Notes under the pieces: model-generated
What the model was told of the DNA's origin: nothing
The model's database searches: none
Seen by the model: only the letters and a program-made list of their open reading frames with translations
Part shown: positions 1 to 13,014 of the stretch, piece by piece
How the letters are laid out: each line of letters starts with the position of its first letter
Position numbering within the stretch: the stretch's first letter is position 1
Assembly (NCBI GenBank): GCA_028534125.1
Contig: CM052816.1
Coordinates: 9,240,001-9,304,000 of the forward strand
Length of the DNA: 64,000 bases
Reading direction: 5' to 3'
DNA from: Lama glama
Lineage: Eukaryota
Position numbers and translations under genes: made by a program

Positions 1-138
1 TCAGGCCACCGGGGCACGAGTGAAGTAGATTTCAGTCTGTGTTCTGGAAGGACAATTTAGTTTTGTTATCGAATCGGCCCCTTTTAAGTCTTCCCCTTTT
101 GGGTATTTGAGTTTTCTTTTCTAGATTTATATTTCACA
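1..138 (-). mobile_element. Probable ERV1-type LTR end, truncated by the window edge
   Basis: Ends in ...atttatatttcaca, so the minus strand opens TGTGAAATATAAATC like MER4/MER41-group LTRs; several retained CpGs. The other end is outside the window. Confidence 0.45.
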
Positions 139-219
139 ACATTTCATATAAAAAGATACACCAGCATCTGTTACTGTACTTTGAAGCTTGATTATTTTGG
201 AAAATCTACAATCATAGTA

Positions 220-445
220 GCTCTAGAGTCAAGTTGCTAAATTCAAATCCTAGCTCCTCTATTTATTATCGGTGTTGTCCTGGCCAAGCCTTTTAATCTC
301 TCTGAGCGATTAATATCTTAATATCTGTAAAACAAGGTAATAATAATAATATCTACTTCACAGGGATGCTGTTAGACTAAATAGATACTAACTTCCAAAG
401 AACTTGGAACAATGCTGGCACATTGTTTTCAATAAATGCTAATGG
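220..445 (+). mobile_element. MIR SINE
   Basis: ttcaaatcctagctc, atctgtaaaa..ataataata core, and ctggcaca..caataaatgcta tail. Confidence 0.8.
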
Positions 446-539
446 TAAGTAATAATCATTAAATAATTATTTTGTTCACCACCCTTCATTTGCTTTTTTG
501 GTGTTAATTCTAGAACCATTTCTTGCACATTTTTTAAAA

Positions 540-640
540 TTTAAGTTTTTAATTCATTTTGAACTGATTTTTGTATATGATGTAAGAGAGGAGTCTGGTT
601 TCATTCTTTGGTATTTGTCCAATTTTCCCAGTATCATTGT
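540..640 (-). mobile_element. Internal L1 ORF2 fragment (~100 bp)
   Basis: cattttgaactgatttttgtatatgatgtaagagagg..ttcattcttt..tccaattttcccagtatcatt resembles antisense L1 ORF2. Confidence 0.75.
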
Positions 641-785
641 TTTTTAATTTTTAAAATTTAAAAAAAAATTTTGCGGGGGAGGTAATTAAGTTTATTTATT
701 TATTTTTTAGCAGAAGTACTGGGGATTGAACCCAGGACCTCCTACATGCTAGATGTGAACTCTACCACTGACCTATACCCTCCCC
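641..785 (-). mobile_element. Camelid vic-1-like tRNA-Ala-derived SINE, long-tail form
   Basis: Minus strand GGGGAGGGTATAGGTCAGTGGTAGAG (A box) and GGGTTCAATCCCC (B box), then AAATAAATAAACTTAATTACCTCCCCC and an A-rich tail. Confidence 0.9.
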
Positions 786-819
786 TCCTTTGCACATTTT
801 AGAAATCAGAGTAATACCA

Positions 820-960
820 ACTTTGAAATGGTTCTAGAAGTTACCAAATTCAGCCCTTCTTTTTGCTGCTAAGGAAATTGAGCCTCAGGGGGTGAAGCTA
901 CTTACTCATCTAGTGGCAGAGCCAGGAAGAGGGTACAGGGGTCTTTGCTCTTGTCTGCTG
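820..960 (-). mobile_element. MIR SINE
   Basis: aaggaaattgagcctcaggggg..ctagtggcagagccagga antisense core. Confidence 0.65.
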
Positions 961-1809
961 GCTTTCTATACATCACAGTTCTCTGATGAGGATTAATTAA
1001 TTAAGGATGACCATATTTTTCTGCTAGTTTGCTTAAAAAAAATCGCAAGCATGTAATTAAATAAATAAATACTGAAACCTTGCCAATAAGATTTGTTGTT
1101 TAAAGAATTGGAAGCAGGAAAATGGGATTTATACACTACTTTCTGTCTCTGTGTTTTGGAGGACTTTGGATGTTGGCTCCCAGGGGTCCAGTAGCCCTGC
1201 CTCCCTCCCCTACCCAGCCCTCCATGCCTCTTGGGGAGCAAGGATCAGCCCCAAGATAACCTCATGCCTCTTCTCAACAGCCCTCCTACTTTACTTCTTA
1301 GAATACCAGTTCCAGAGCCAGTGCTCTCAGCTTGTGTGGTTTAAATTATTGACGGATGTGCTGCCAAACTTTTTTCAAAGTGTGTAAAATTTATTTTTGC
1401 TTCAGCTGCGCATCACACTACGGCAAAGATGCCTGCAGGGGAGAACTCTGAGCTAAGTGGATGGTGTGATGTCCTGCAGAGTGGGGTCACTGGCTGTGAA
1501 GAGGTGTGCTGTGATGCTGAGGCATTCCAAGAAAGGCTTTACTAGAATAGCTGGCGACTTTGTTTTGGGAATTTATCAGAAAGCATGATCAGGGCAGAGC
1601 CAAGTTCAAGTCAGCTTTCACCTCAGGACTGAGGGGCCCTGAATGAACATGGAGTTCTGACTGCCCTGTGGAGAGACCTTGCTGAACAACCCCGGACCCG
1701 TCCGTGCACATTGCCCGCGTTACTGGTTTCAAGTGTGCTGCCCCAAATTCCAGAATTTGAAAGTGTACTGTGAGCAAAAATGTCTGAGAGCCATTGTCCT
1801 CAGCATGAT

Positions 1810-1975
1810 ATGGAACAAAGTGTTCCCTGGTGATGTAATTTTGTGCAATACTAGGTTGAACAAAGTTCAGTCACTGCAGGATTTCTCAGCGACTTTAATG
1901 TATTAACGTATGTGGTAACTTTTCCAGAGCAGCTGTAGAATGCAGCATTTATGCATCTCTTTTGGTCACAGAGCT
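1810..1975. mobile_element. MER103C-like hAT-Charlie MITE
   Basis: actgcaggatttctcagcgactttaatgtattaa..atgcagcattt; related copies at ~15170 and ~52880. Confidence 0.6.
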
Positions 1976-3539
1976 ATGTTTGTCTTTCCAAAAACGTATG
2001 TGGGGACTAGAGTTATGAGGAAGTACTGTGGCAGATACTGTTCCAGAAGGATTTCACCTTCCCTTTGTTGGAGTGAAGTGTGAAGACTTACACGGGTTGT
2101 TAATTCAAAGGCTCGCTGTCACTGGGTGCTAGATGACTGTCAGCTGATTTCCTCTTGCCTAAATGTCAGCTGGCATAGACCTTGACTCAGTCCAGCCCAG
2201 CAGAGCCATCCTGCCCCACTCCCCCAGGTAGGGGTGCGGGCTCCTCAGCACACCCTACGTTAGACGCTTTGACTGGAGTGGAGCAGGAACTGTGTGTGTG
2301 CATGTTGCTCATTCTCTGAGCCAGCCTCCAGGTTTGCGAGGGAGAGGATGGGTCCCGGCTTGGAGACCTCAGGCTTCTAGCACCTCTCACCACCTAAAGA
2401 AAACAACTAAAATTCTTCACCCGGGATCCTAAACCCTCTTGGTCCAGCTGCAGGACACCCATTTATCGCCTGCCCCTCTCTACTACCTTCTGAGATTTGG
2501 AGACTCGCCTCTCCTGCCCTGTTCTCACTTCTCTCCTCCTCTTTTCCACATTTCCTTCTCTCCTTCCACATTCCGAGTATCATTTACTGAGGATGATTTT
2601 AGCAGTAATGAAATCATCAGCACTATCAATACTAATGAGTTGCTGGTTATAGTTTCCGACAGAAAAATCAGGACACATGGTCTGATAGTCCCCAGTTGAC
2701 CCAGGGTGTGAGGAAAGACTTTGGCTCTGAGAACCTTGAGGCACTTCTAGTATACTGTAGAGCGCTTAGACTATTCTCTCTCCCTTAACAACCAAAAAAG
2801 TTCTATTCCACCAGGGACAAATACCCGGAAGCCGCATTGTTAGCAGCGTAGCCACAGGCCACCCACCCTCTGCCCTTCCTCACCTTCACATCCCCAGGGA
2901 CACTGCGCAAACAAAGAGTTGTGTCTGGAAAGAGCTGAGGGTGGGCTGACACAGAGAAGCCTGGAAAACTGGAATGGGGCGTCCAGGAACGGGATGAGGG
3001 GGTGGCTCTACCTGCTGGAAGTGGGGGGTCATGAGGAGGAACTCCTTACCATCCCTTCTGAGGAGTCAGAAATCAGGTCCTCTAATCTCCTCCCGCCTCC
3101 AGCCTGAGCTCACCCCCTCCCCACTCCACCTGCCCGATCAGGAAATCACCTCCAATGAGGAGGAGGCCACCCATCATTTTCTCAGAACTCTTAGGATTGT
3201 CAACCACCATCTCCCTCCCTCCGTCCCTCCTTCCTTCCCGATAAATGTATTTTCTTCACCGGATTGACCTTACTCTTTCCTCTTCCCTCCCTGGACCTTC
3301 TTTCAGGGGTTCTGCAGCACCCCCAGTTTCTTCTCTTCTCTGGCTCCTTGTCCATCGGACATACAGGCAGAGAACAGAGGCTGCTGCTGACTACACTTCT
3401 GACCTCACTCGTTTTTGACTCTCCTCTGCCACCACTCTGGCACTGAACCTGCTTTTTTATGACTAACCAGTGACTTCCTGGGAGCTCTTTTCCTTTTTTT
3501 ATCCTATTTAACTCCCTCAGGGAATTAAAATTTAGTAAA

Positions 3540-3996
3540 ACATTTAATTATAAGAAATACCAAAAAAAAAAAAACCCACATCTGTTATTGTAAACAATCC
3601 AAACACTGAAGAAGTATGTGGAGTAGAAGTGAAACCCAACACCTCTCCCCGACCCCCATCCCCACGCTATGCCATTCCCCAGAGGTAACCACTATAGACA
3701 GTTTGGTAAAATTCCTCTATACTGTTGCTTATGAGTTTATAAAGTTGGGATCATTTTAACATACCCTTCTGTAATTGGCATTTTCGTGTAACGCTATGCT
3801 GCACATGTCTTTTCATGTGAGTATATATGGATACATATCACTAAAAATGTCCAGTGTTCTATTAGATGGCTATATCATAATTCATTTATTCAATCCCCCC
3901 CTCCCTCCCTTCCTTCTTTCCCTCCCTCCCTCTTTCTTTTCTTCCTTCCTTCTCTCTCTTCTCTTCCCTTTTCTTTCTTTCTTTCTTTCTTTCTTT

Positions 3997-4056
<60 letters not shown>

Positions 4057-4290
4057 TTCTTTCTTTCTTTCTTTTCTTTCTTTCTTTCCTTCTTCCTCCC
4101 TCCCTTCCTTCTTCTTTCTTTCTTTCTTTCTTTTCTTCCCTTTTCTTTTGTTTTCTTTCGATGAATGCTGAGGTTGTTTCCATTTATTTATTTACTTATG
4201 TACTTGTGTCTTCATTCATGCATGATCCCATTACAAACAATCGTGTGATGAACCCCTTGTACCTATGTCTTTGCACACTTGTGCTCAGAG
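3540..4290 (-). mobile_element. Old L1ME 3' region split by a pyrimidine microsatellite
   Basis: ttccccagaggtaaccactat..cagtttgg, then ataattcatttattcaatcccc [microsatellite] gatgaatgctgaggttgtttcca..tctttgcacacttgtgc. Confidence 0.7.
3894..4149 (+). repeat. (TTTC)n/(CCTT)n polypyrimidine microsatellite
   Basis: 256 consecutive C/T bases. Confidence 0.97.
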
Positions 4291-4529
4291 TACTGGACAC
4301 TGGTAATCATTCTCTTTTTTGACACTTCTTGCACCTCCAAGTTCTATCTTGGTTCTCTTCTTCCCTAGCGAACCGCTCTTTTCCCTGAGCACACAGTGTA
4401 CATTCACATCTTCTTGCTTTTGTCCAAAGTTTCTCCTCCTGAAATGACCACTTCCTACTCATTCTTCTTACCCCAGTCTTGTGTAGAATCACCTTGAGTC
4501 CCTAGACTAGTCCTTCCTAATGGCTTCCA

Positions 4530-4700
4530 TTTAGCAGCACATACTATGTGCTGGAGCAGACGTTTTATCCTCCCATCCCACAACCGTGGGGTGAGGCATT
4601 TAAAGGTGATTAAAAACTGAAGCTCAGAAAGTTAAGGAATTGTTCAGCTCATTCAGCTCATTAAATGGAGGAGCCAGTATTCAATCTCAGGCCTCTCTTG
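4530..4700 (-). mobile_element. MIR SINE
   Basis: aaaactgaagctcagaaagttaaggaattgttcagc..tattcaatctcagg. Confidence 0.7.
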
Positions 4701-5149
4701 CTGGACAATTCATGGACTTACATAAGCACCAAATTACATTACATCTTCTGCTCTGCTACTCAGAGGACCTCACATGTGCAAGGACTATGGCAACTACCAA
4801 GTTCAGTGGTGGGAACTCTCAGGTTGCTCACAAGTTTGTTGAGACTGGGAACTCCCTGAGGGTAGACCCCATGTCTCTTCTTTCTGCATTTCCCGTATTG
4901 AGTACAGAACCTGTTTTATCATAGGTGCTGATATAGATTTGAAAGGGTGAAACCTGTATTTGCTGAATGAGGAGTTCCAGGACGCCCTGAACTAGGTCAA
5001 GAGACACACACTTCAGCACTCAGTAACACATGCTGAACTTGAAGTTTATTTCCTGCTAATTCATGAAAATAAAATACTCTACTCCCAGAGCCCTAATTAA
5101 CTAAATTACAAGAAGCTCTTCAGATTGGCAGCTGGGAGAACATAATGAT

Positions 5150-5378
5150 ATAAGAAATAGTCTCTGAAGTGTGATGGCCTATTTTCTGATCCCAGCTCTG
5201 CCATGTATTAGGCAAATTATTCAATTTCTATAATCCTCAGTTACCCAACTAGTAAAATGGAGCTAATGAAAGTTTCTTAGAGCTAATCAGGTTATCATGA
5301 GGATTAAATGAGAACGTTGATAGGAAACACTTGGCATAGCAACTGGCATACAGAAGGCACTCAATAAATGTTAGTTGC
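5150..5378 (+). mobile_element. MIR SINE
   Basis: atcccagctctgcca..cctcagttac..gtaaaatgg..gaggattaaatgaga..cactcaataaatgttag. Confidence 0.85.
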
Positions 5379-7334
5379 CCTCTTGTCAAGAGGACCCATA
5401 TTAGCCCCTCTTAGTCTTTGCTCAAAGTGAAATAGGTCAACCACTCATTTCTCTTAATGCCTTCAAAGCTTTGACTAGGATGATTTTTTTAAACTTTCAA
5501 TTTCCACACACAAAATATTCTCTTTCTGGCTCTTACTTGTAAAACAAACATTTACTGAGTGCCTGCTGTTTACTATAGTCCTTTCTGGTTGGTCCTTCAG
5601 CTGTTGGGGAAAGTCTACAGGAGAGGGGATAAGCATTGTCCAGGTTAGCAGCCTAGTGGAGGGTAAAGTTCTCTTGCTTTGCACTGTTGAGAATGTTACT
5701 TGATTCTCTGGAAAACACACTTCTCTTCTTTTTTTCGAACTTCAAGGATTTGTTTTAAAATATTTTCTTATGCAAGTCGGAAGGTTTTGTACCTTGATGC
5801 ACAAAGGAATGGTTAGGTAGTTTTTAGAGTCTGATTCATAGAGGTGCCTGTGTTGTCTTTGTTGTTTGAGACAAAAAGTTTTCCTGTGTCAGCAGGTCCT
5901 GAAGGTGACTTTAGGTACCGACATCTGTTTTGTGACTCTGCGCATGCTTTCTACTCATGTCCAGGTATTTATTTTTCAGGCGGGTTGTTGTTGTTTTGTT
6001 TGGGCTGAACCAAGTCTTTCCAAGGACTGTATTTGGGAAGGACCCTACCGCTGGCTATCAAAACCAAAACAAATGAAAAAGAAAATCCCCAACCCCTGAC
6101 TCAAATCCCAACAAAAGCAAATGATTCAGTACAAGCAAGCGTTCCAGACCCGATACATGGATTATTCAATTCCAGAACTGCATGTTCCCAGAGCACCATG
6201 GATGCCTACTATTTTAATTAAGGCACCTCAAAAGGAGGAAATTCCATAGTACTGCCATTAACTCTGAAACTTGGATTTTCTTTCTTTGCATCTGACATGG
6301 ATATCTCTTATTGCAGACAAAGGGGTCCCTTTTCCTGGTGACATCTGCTCAGGAAATCCAGCTTCAGGAATGCAAGGAGATGGGGGAAGGGAAAGGCTCA
6401 CTTCTCTTTTTTGGTGAGTGTGTGAAGTAGGCGTGGCTTCACGTTTTGCAAGCACCTGGCTGCTTTCACTGAGATACCTGTACTGTCAGGGGACAGGCCT
6501 CCTAAGTACCAAGTACTACCAAGTACTCCTGGAAGCTCCCAGTGGCTGGGTGCTTTTTCTCACTCCCAGGGGTCTACTGGATGCTTCTTCTTGCTCCTTG
6601 CTTCCTTGGAGCTCTGGCTGCTTTGTCAGATGCTGTTATCTGAACTGCTCTGGTGACTGCGCTACAGTCAAAGAAGACCAAGGGACGAAGAGGCCAAAAC
6701 TTTCACCTTGAGCCCAAACTGTGACCTTGAACAAGCCTCTTCTCTCTCTGAGCCTCAGTTCCCTTAGCCAAGAGGGAAGGCATGTCATTCACGTGTTCCT
6801 GAGCTCTGATATTCTGGGGCTCCTGAGTCCCTTTCCAAGCCAGGCCAGTGACCTACTTGTGAGGGACAGTGAGAATGAAGCCATTGTTTGGAGTTCATGG
6901 GTGGGGTGGGTGGGGCACCTCTTAATAAACTTGACTGAGGATTGGAGCAACCTGTTTCCCTAAGCCTCTGGTGAGGGCTGAATGAAGCATGTCCCTCCTT
7001 TGGCATCACTACAGAGGCATTTGGAATGCACTTATCAGAGCATGTCAGGCTCATAAGCCTGTCACTTCCCCTCTAAAACACTGAAAATGATAAAAAGTGC
7101 ACAAGATGTGGAGCCCAGATGATCCTCTGATTGAATCAGTGTTTCTACTCTGTTCTCTCTGGGGCTCCTGTCTGAGGGAACACCTCCTCTGCCAATTTGA
7201 AAGACTTTTTAATACAGTTTTCCCCCTGAGTGATTTTGTCCTTGACAGGGACTGTGGGAGGGCCCACAGGGATTTCAAAAGCTTAGTGCTGAACGAATTC
7301 CGAGCCCTAATGATTCTGAGAGCCCGTGTATTTA

Positions 7335-7500
7335 GGGAGGCAGTGGCAGGGAGTCTGGGGCTGGAAGTCAAGAGACTTGGGCTCCAGTACTGGCTTTGCC
7401 ACAACCTAGCTGTGCAATCATTAGCTAACTGTTCCATCTCTCTGGGTCTCTGTGTTCTCATCGACTAGCATCTCCCTATGGTCCCTTCCTGCCCTGGCAC
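7335..7500 (+). mobile_element. MIR SINE
   Basis: ctggaagtcaagagacttgggctccagt..ctagctgtgc..tctctgggtctctg. Confidence 0.65.
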
Positions 7501-7884
7501 ACCACGACGCTAAACCTGAAAGGCAGAAAATCCCATCCTGGGTGTAGAACAAAGCCGGATCTACTAGCTGTTTCTGCTAGTCCACCTTTTCCCTCGTGTG
7601 GAGACATCTCTGGTCGGGAGGTGCTATTCCCTTCCCAAGCTCCTCCCCTTTGACGGTCTTTGGAATGTATCCAAGGAAATGGGAGAGAGCTGTGGATGTT
7701 TGAGGCTTAGAAGGGGCTTCAAGGAGAATCACCCAGCTATTTCAAGAACATCTCCTACTCTTCTTGCCTGGGGGGGAGGTACTTGGCAAGTTTAGGCATC
7801 AACATTTCGTAGAGGTTAAGAGCACTGGTTTCAGAGTTAGCCAGATCTGTTTTCATATCCCAGCCTTGCCAGTCATTTCAGTTC

Positions 7885-8130
7885 ATTATTCAGCAAATAT
7901 TTATCAAATGCCTATTTTGTGCCAGGCACTGCGCTAGGCTATTTTGCATACATTAACATTTAATCCTCACGCCCTATGAAGCAGGTACTAATTTTATCCA
8001 CACTTCAGACAAGGAAACTGAAACTCAAGGAAGCAATGTGACTTACTCAAGGTCACACAGCTAGTCAGTGGCAAACCTGGGGCTTGAATCCAGGTCTAGG
8101 AGCTCCAGAACCATGGCTCTCAGCCACAAC
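7885..8130 (-). mobile_element. MIR SINE with MIR/L2-type tail
   Basis: ttcagcaaatatttat..gtgccaggcactg..tttaatcctcac..gaaactgaaactcaagg..aaggtcacacagctagt. Confidence 0.85.
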
Positions 8131-8866
8131 CCTCTGCCGTTTCCCAAATCTTATTTTATTTAATCCTCATTTAAATCCTCACTTGCTTTATTACAAAACT
8201 TCCACCTCAGTGCTCCAGAAAAGCCCCTGTGAGTTTGCCAGTCCACATCATGGATTAACGAGCAGTTCCACTTCTGAAGGAGGATGGAGTAGACAGACAC
8301 TGGGTGACAGAGAAAGAGAATTTTATCCCTTTTGAGACTTTTTTTGTGTCTAGTTTGGGGTCCAAGAGGAAGAAAGAGAAGCAGATCCACTGGTCCAGGC
8401 TTGGATGAGAGTATTTCCTTACTTAGACAGAGGACAGAGGCTGCCAGAGAACAAGTTAGGGAGCTCCTGGGGCACTGCCTGCCTCTGGCAAGGCAGAAGG
8501 ACCACGGTGCCCATGATGGCTCTCTCAGCGGTCTCCTAACGTTGACGCCTCTCTGTCGTGGAAACAGGAGGTGGCGAGGGGGCACATCAACATCCCTCCA
8601 GTCTAACAGCAGATAATCAGCTGTTGGAAAATCCCCTGCTTGAGATGGTACCAAGGAAGTAGCTGTAGTTGAGGAAATGAAGAAGGCAAGTGTCCAGAGG
8701 ATGCTGAAAGCAAATGCCATCGAGAGAAAGGCCTGAGGGGCTAGTTAGAGACCTGGGCTCCATTCCCAGCCACCGGCTTCTGTGAACTTGGCCTAGTCAC
8801 TTGCCCTCTCTAGGACTATATTTTATGAAAGAGGGTAGGGTAATGATCTCTAAGGTGCCTTCCAAC

Positions 8867-8970
8867 TAGGCTGAACAACTGTCCCATTTTACCCAGCACT
8901 ATCCTGGTTTTACTACTTAACTTTTCCTGTCCAGGAATTCCTGCTTCAAACTGAAAACTCTTATCCCTGA
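8867..8970. mobile_element. MER94-like hAT MITE fragment
   Basis: aggctgaacaactgtcccattttacccagcactatcctggtttta..ccctg. Confidence 0.6.
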
Positions 8971-9309
8971 TTGTGCTAGTAACTTCCTTCTGGGGTCTCA
9001 ATCCCTTTCCTCTCTGTGCTATAGAAGCCTCTTCTCTGGATCAGAAAATCCCTGGGCTGATTCCTTCTGCTAAAGGGATGTGAGCAGAGGTGATGCTCAA
9101 AGCACATAACATTCTCTACAGCCAGGGCATAACCCATCAGAAAGGGCCCTAAACCCCAGGCTGCTCCTTGCCTGCAGGCATGGGCAACCCACCTTGAAAG
9201 CTGGCTTCCATCTCCAGGTTTATGATAATCCCACCTATTTCTGTATTCACACCACTGACTTCAGGACCAGTAGATCTGAAGGGTTACCCGGCTTCTCTCT
9301 CTCTCTCTC

Positions 9310-9770
9310 TTTTTTTCAATTTGTAACATATACTTTGATAAGTGAATTTAAGAAGATAAGTGCACATTAAACAAAATTGCATGATGGTATAGTTATGGTT
9401 AGCTTTATTGACGTATTTTCATACAATAAAATTAGAATACACAATTTGATTAGTTTTGACAAGTGTGTACAATCACATAACCATATCATTTATAAAGCAT
9501 TTCCATCATCCAAAGATTTTTTTCATGTTTTCCTCTAAAAGTTTTATAGTTTAGTTCTTATATTTAAGTTTATAACCTTCCAAGTTAATATTTTTACATA
9601 GTATGAGGTCATGATTATGGTTCATTGTTTTGCATATGGATAGCCAATTATTTAAGCATCATTTGTTGAAAAGACAATCTTTTTTCCCATTGAATAACTT
9701 TGGCACTTCTGTTGAAAATCAGTTTGCCATTTATGTGTGGGTTTATTTTTTGCATTATATTCCATTCTAT
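9310..9770 (-). mobile_element. Old L1M fragments
   Basis: tttgcatatggatagccaattatttaagcatcatttgttgaaaagacaatctttt..ttggcacttctgttgaaaatcag. Confidence 0.8.
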
Positions 9771-10729
9771 CCAGCTTCTCTTTTGATCCCTGTCTTCAGA
9801 CCGACATTATGGACTCCCCATTTCACCCAGTCAGATCAGCCTCAGCCCAGCTTCTTACAGCCTTTAAAGCTGAGACTACTTGCTGCTGCTGACTAAATCC
9901 AGAATATAGTTTCTACTCTGGTGGTATGCCAGTTGTTTTTTCATGCAGAGAGGAGCCCCTGAAGTATTTAGGGTTGAGGAAGTTTCATGTTTCAAATAAT
10001 GGTTGCCATACATGTATCAAGGGCAGAGGAAAGAAAACTCCTGTGACCTCTGGCTTGTTGAGCCCATGCCACGTGACCTTCCTGCCTGTTTTGGTCCTTC
10101 CTTCGGTGTCTCCCTCATCTGTTTATGTTTCATTTTGAGTGCGGTCACTTGCGTCAGGCACTGTGCTAAAGGCTGGTGAAGCTGAAGTTGGATATGGCCC
10201 CCGCGGGGAGGCTGCCGTGTGGCAGGGCAGCCCGTGTGAGCAGCTGGTCTGGGACCTGACTTGAGAGCTCTAACACATTGGGGCCCCGTGGCAGCATAGC
10301 CAAGAGTGAGAGAGTGATTCATTCTGCCCCGGGGTGACACCTGGGCCAGGCCTAGAAGGTGGGGAGGAGCTCTAGGTGGGAGGAAGGAGGCACGCCAGGC
10401 ACGGAAAGGGGTGCACACAAAGGCGGGGGCTCTCTCCCCACTCTGACCGACTCCCTTTGTCACCCACTGTGGGTGGCACCGTGGGCTGCAGGGGGTCAGG
10501 GATTGCTGGGCCAGAGGCCAAGGCGAGCAGAGTCAGCCCTCCGGAGACTGCCAGGCGCAGGGAGCCTTCTTCCTATTTCTAGAGCAAACGGAGTCCCCAG
10601 ACACGAGCTTCTTCCCTCTCCCTTCTCATTCCTCAGAATACCTGCGTCTACCCTGCCTTCACCCCCCAGGCCCCTCTCCAGCCCATCACCAGTCACTGTG
10701 GATCTCTTCCTGGCCATCTGGCCGACACT

Positions 10730-10930
10730 CCCTCCTTTCCAGTTCCACAGCTGCCACCACGTTCAAATCCCAGTCATCTCCCACCTGGTCCGTTGCGACA
10801 ATCTCCACATCAGTCCCGAGATTCAGGCCTCTTCATTCCTCACTGTCCTGAGTGTGCTGCCAGATAGATCTTTCCAAAACACTGTTTAGCTGACCTCATG
10901 CATCTGTTTTGAGATCTTTGTGAGCACATT
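10730..10930 (+). mobile_element. L2 fragment
   Basis: tcatctcccacctgg..ctgccagatagatctttccaaaacac. Confidence 0.55.
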
Positions 10931-11609
10931 TCCCCAGACCTCACTGTCCACCCTGTACATACAAGGCCACGATCATATCCATAACCCCGTTGTCTTTGGC
11001 TCCTGTCTCTCTGCTGACATGGGACCTCAGTCTCTTCCAAATTGTACCCCAAGCAGTTCTGGGAAGCCCCAGGGCAGTGCTCTGAGCATCCAGGCCAGTC
11101 TGTGCATGTTTGCTAACGTTCTGTGACCAGGCCAGACATACACCAAGAAGGTGTTCAGAGACTCACACAGTGATATGATATGCTATGTGATTTTTTTTAA
11201 TTTTATAAAACTAACAAGCCACCACCCCAACAAAAAAGCACCTGATCCTTCACCACAGATGATTTGACAAGCGCTGCCCTAGGACTGTCTCATACACAAA
11301 TGAGCCCAGCCCCTCCGTGCATTCCCACATCTGTTCCTTGTTACCCACTGGCAGCCCTGGAGTTGCTTTTTCAGGAAATCAGTCCTTACTGCTTTTCCTC
11401 CTGGGGCACAGCTATCCGAAGTCTTCATGCGAGAAGCAGCTTGCTAAAAAACAAAAACAAAAACAAAAAAAACCCCCAAACCCCCAAATAGCAGCAGTTG
11501 AAAACATCTGTTCTTTTAACTTTAAATTTGGGATTCCTAATTTCAAATCACTATTTGCCTTCTTTCTCTAAAGCATTTTTTTCCCTGTTTAGCTTGATAA
11601 TTTAAAAGA

Positions 11610-12150
11610 AGCCTTAAAATCAACTTTATTGAAATATACGTTCCATACAATAATGTGCATGTACTTTCAGTGCACAGTTTGATGAATTTTGACCAATGAA
11701 TACCCTTGAGAGATCACCACCCCAGTTAAGACAGAAAACAGTTCATCACCCTAGAAAGTTTCCCTGTGTTCCTTTGTAGCCAATCCCCACTTGCCCTGCA
11801 GTGAGAGACAATAACTGACCTGCTTTCTGTTGTTTCTTCTTTAGATTGGCTTGGCTTCTTCTAGAATATCACATAAATGGGATCATTGACAATGTACTCT
11901 TTGATGTCTGGCTACTCTGACTCACCATAATGGTTTTGAGACTCATCTATGTTTTCTGTATCGAAGTTCAATGCTTTTACTTGCTGAGAAGCATTCCATT
12001 GTATGAGCACAATTTGTTTATCTACTCTCGTGCACATTCATGTGCAGGTCTTTGTTTGGACAATTGTTTTCATTTGCCTTGGGCAAATACCTAGTAGTGG
12101 GATTGCTGGGTCATCTGAGGAAGATTACGTTAACTTTGTGAGAAACCAAC
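11610..12150 (-). mobile_element. L1MB/MC-like 3' region
   Basis: caactttattgaaatata..actgacctgctttctg..ttgggcaaatacctagtagtgggattgctgggtc. Confidence 0.85.
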
Positions 12151-12532
12151 ATTAATCCACGGGCCAAGTCTCTTTTGATGAGAATCACACCAGCTCCAGC
12201 TGCTCTGGAAGATGTCAATTGTGCCCTGCCCCAGGGACTCACCAAATCAAATGTCATATGGGGTTCTCTTTCTTAGCGTCATGACACTAATGCCGTTAGG
12301 ATCTGTTGTGGTTGGTATTGCAAATACTAACCTGTAATTAAAAAAAAAATTTAAGTATTGATGTTTGTGAAAGATATGCCTTAAGAAATATGTGGATATA
12401 TAGAATCTATGTATATGATGTATATGTAGAATATAAGTAGGGTTCATGGTTACCTTTATAATACATACATTTTCATTCACTTGCATTTCAATAGGGTTAT
12501 TTTATCCAATGGTACAACTTGTAGTAAGTGGC

Positions 12533-13014
12533 TGCATTAGTTAGCATCCAGCTTGAGTTGTGTATAACAAAGACCACAAAAATAGTAGCTAATTAAACAA
12601 GACAGAAGTCCACTTTTTGGTCCCATAAAACACTGAGGGGACAGCTTATGGCTGGTATGGAACCTCCAGAGTCATTTTGGACTCAGGCTTCTTCCAGATC
12701 TCTGCTCACCATCCCTAGGGGTGACCCTGTCCTCAAGATCCCAGATGGAAATCCAACCATCATATCTGCGGTTCAGACAGCAGGGGGAAGAGGGAGAAGG
12801 AGGGACACACTCCCTCCCTTAGGGACATATTCTGGGACTTGACTTTGCTTCTTCTGCTTACATCCCACTGGCCGGAATTTAGTCACATGGCCAAGTCTCA
12901 CTACAAGGGATGCTTGAAAATATAGTAATGCTCCTACCCAAAATTGTATGGCTGTATTACTGAGAAAGAAGGGGAGAGTGAATATTGAGGCTTAAGAAGC
13001 GATTTCTGTCATAC
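12533..13014 (-). mobile_element. MLT1J/K-like MaLR solo LTR
   Basis: tgcattagttag start, ctgcttacatcccactggccggaatttagtcacatggcca core, gaaggggagagtgaatattg..taca end. Confidence 0.75.

Noticed and set aside
3775..4183. F/S/L-rich and K/E/R-rich ORFs on both strands
   Set aside because: Translations of the (TTTC)n microsatellite.
8160..8720. 186-aa minus-strand ORF with a signal-peptide-like start
   Set aside because: No recognisable domain or splice context; consistent with a chance ORF. A BLASTP hit would be needed to reinstate it.
10170..10620. GC-rich patch with overlapping ORFs, possible CpG island or promoter
   Set aside because: CpGs are sparse relative to GpC, no promoter architecture is evident, and the peptides are unrecognisable.
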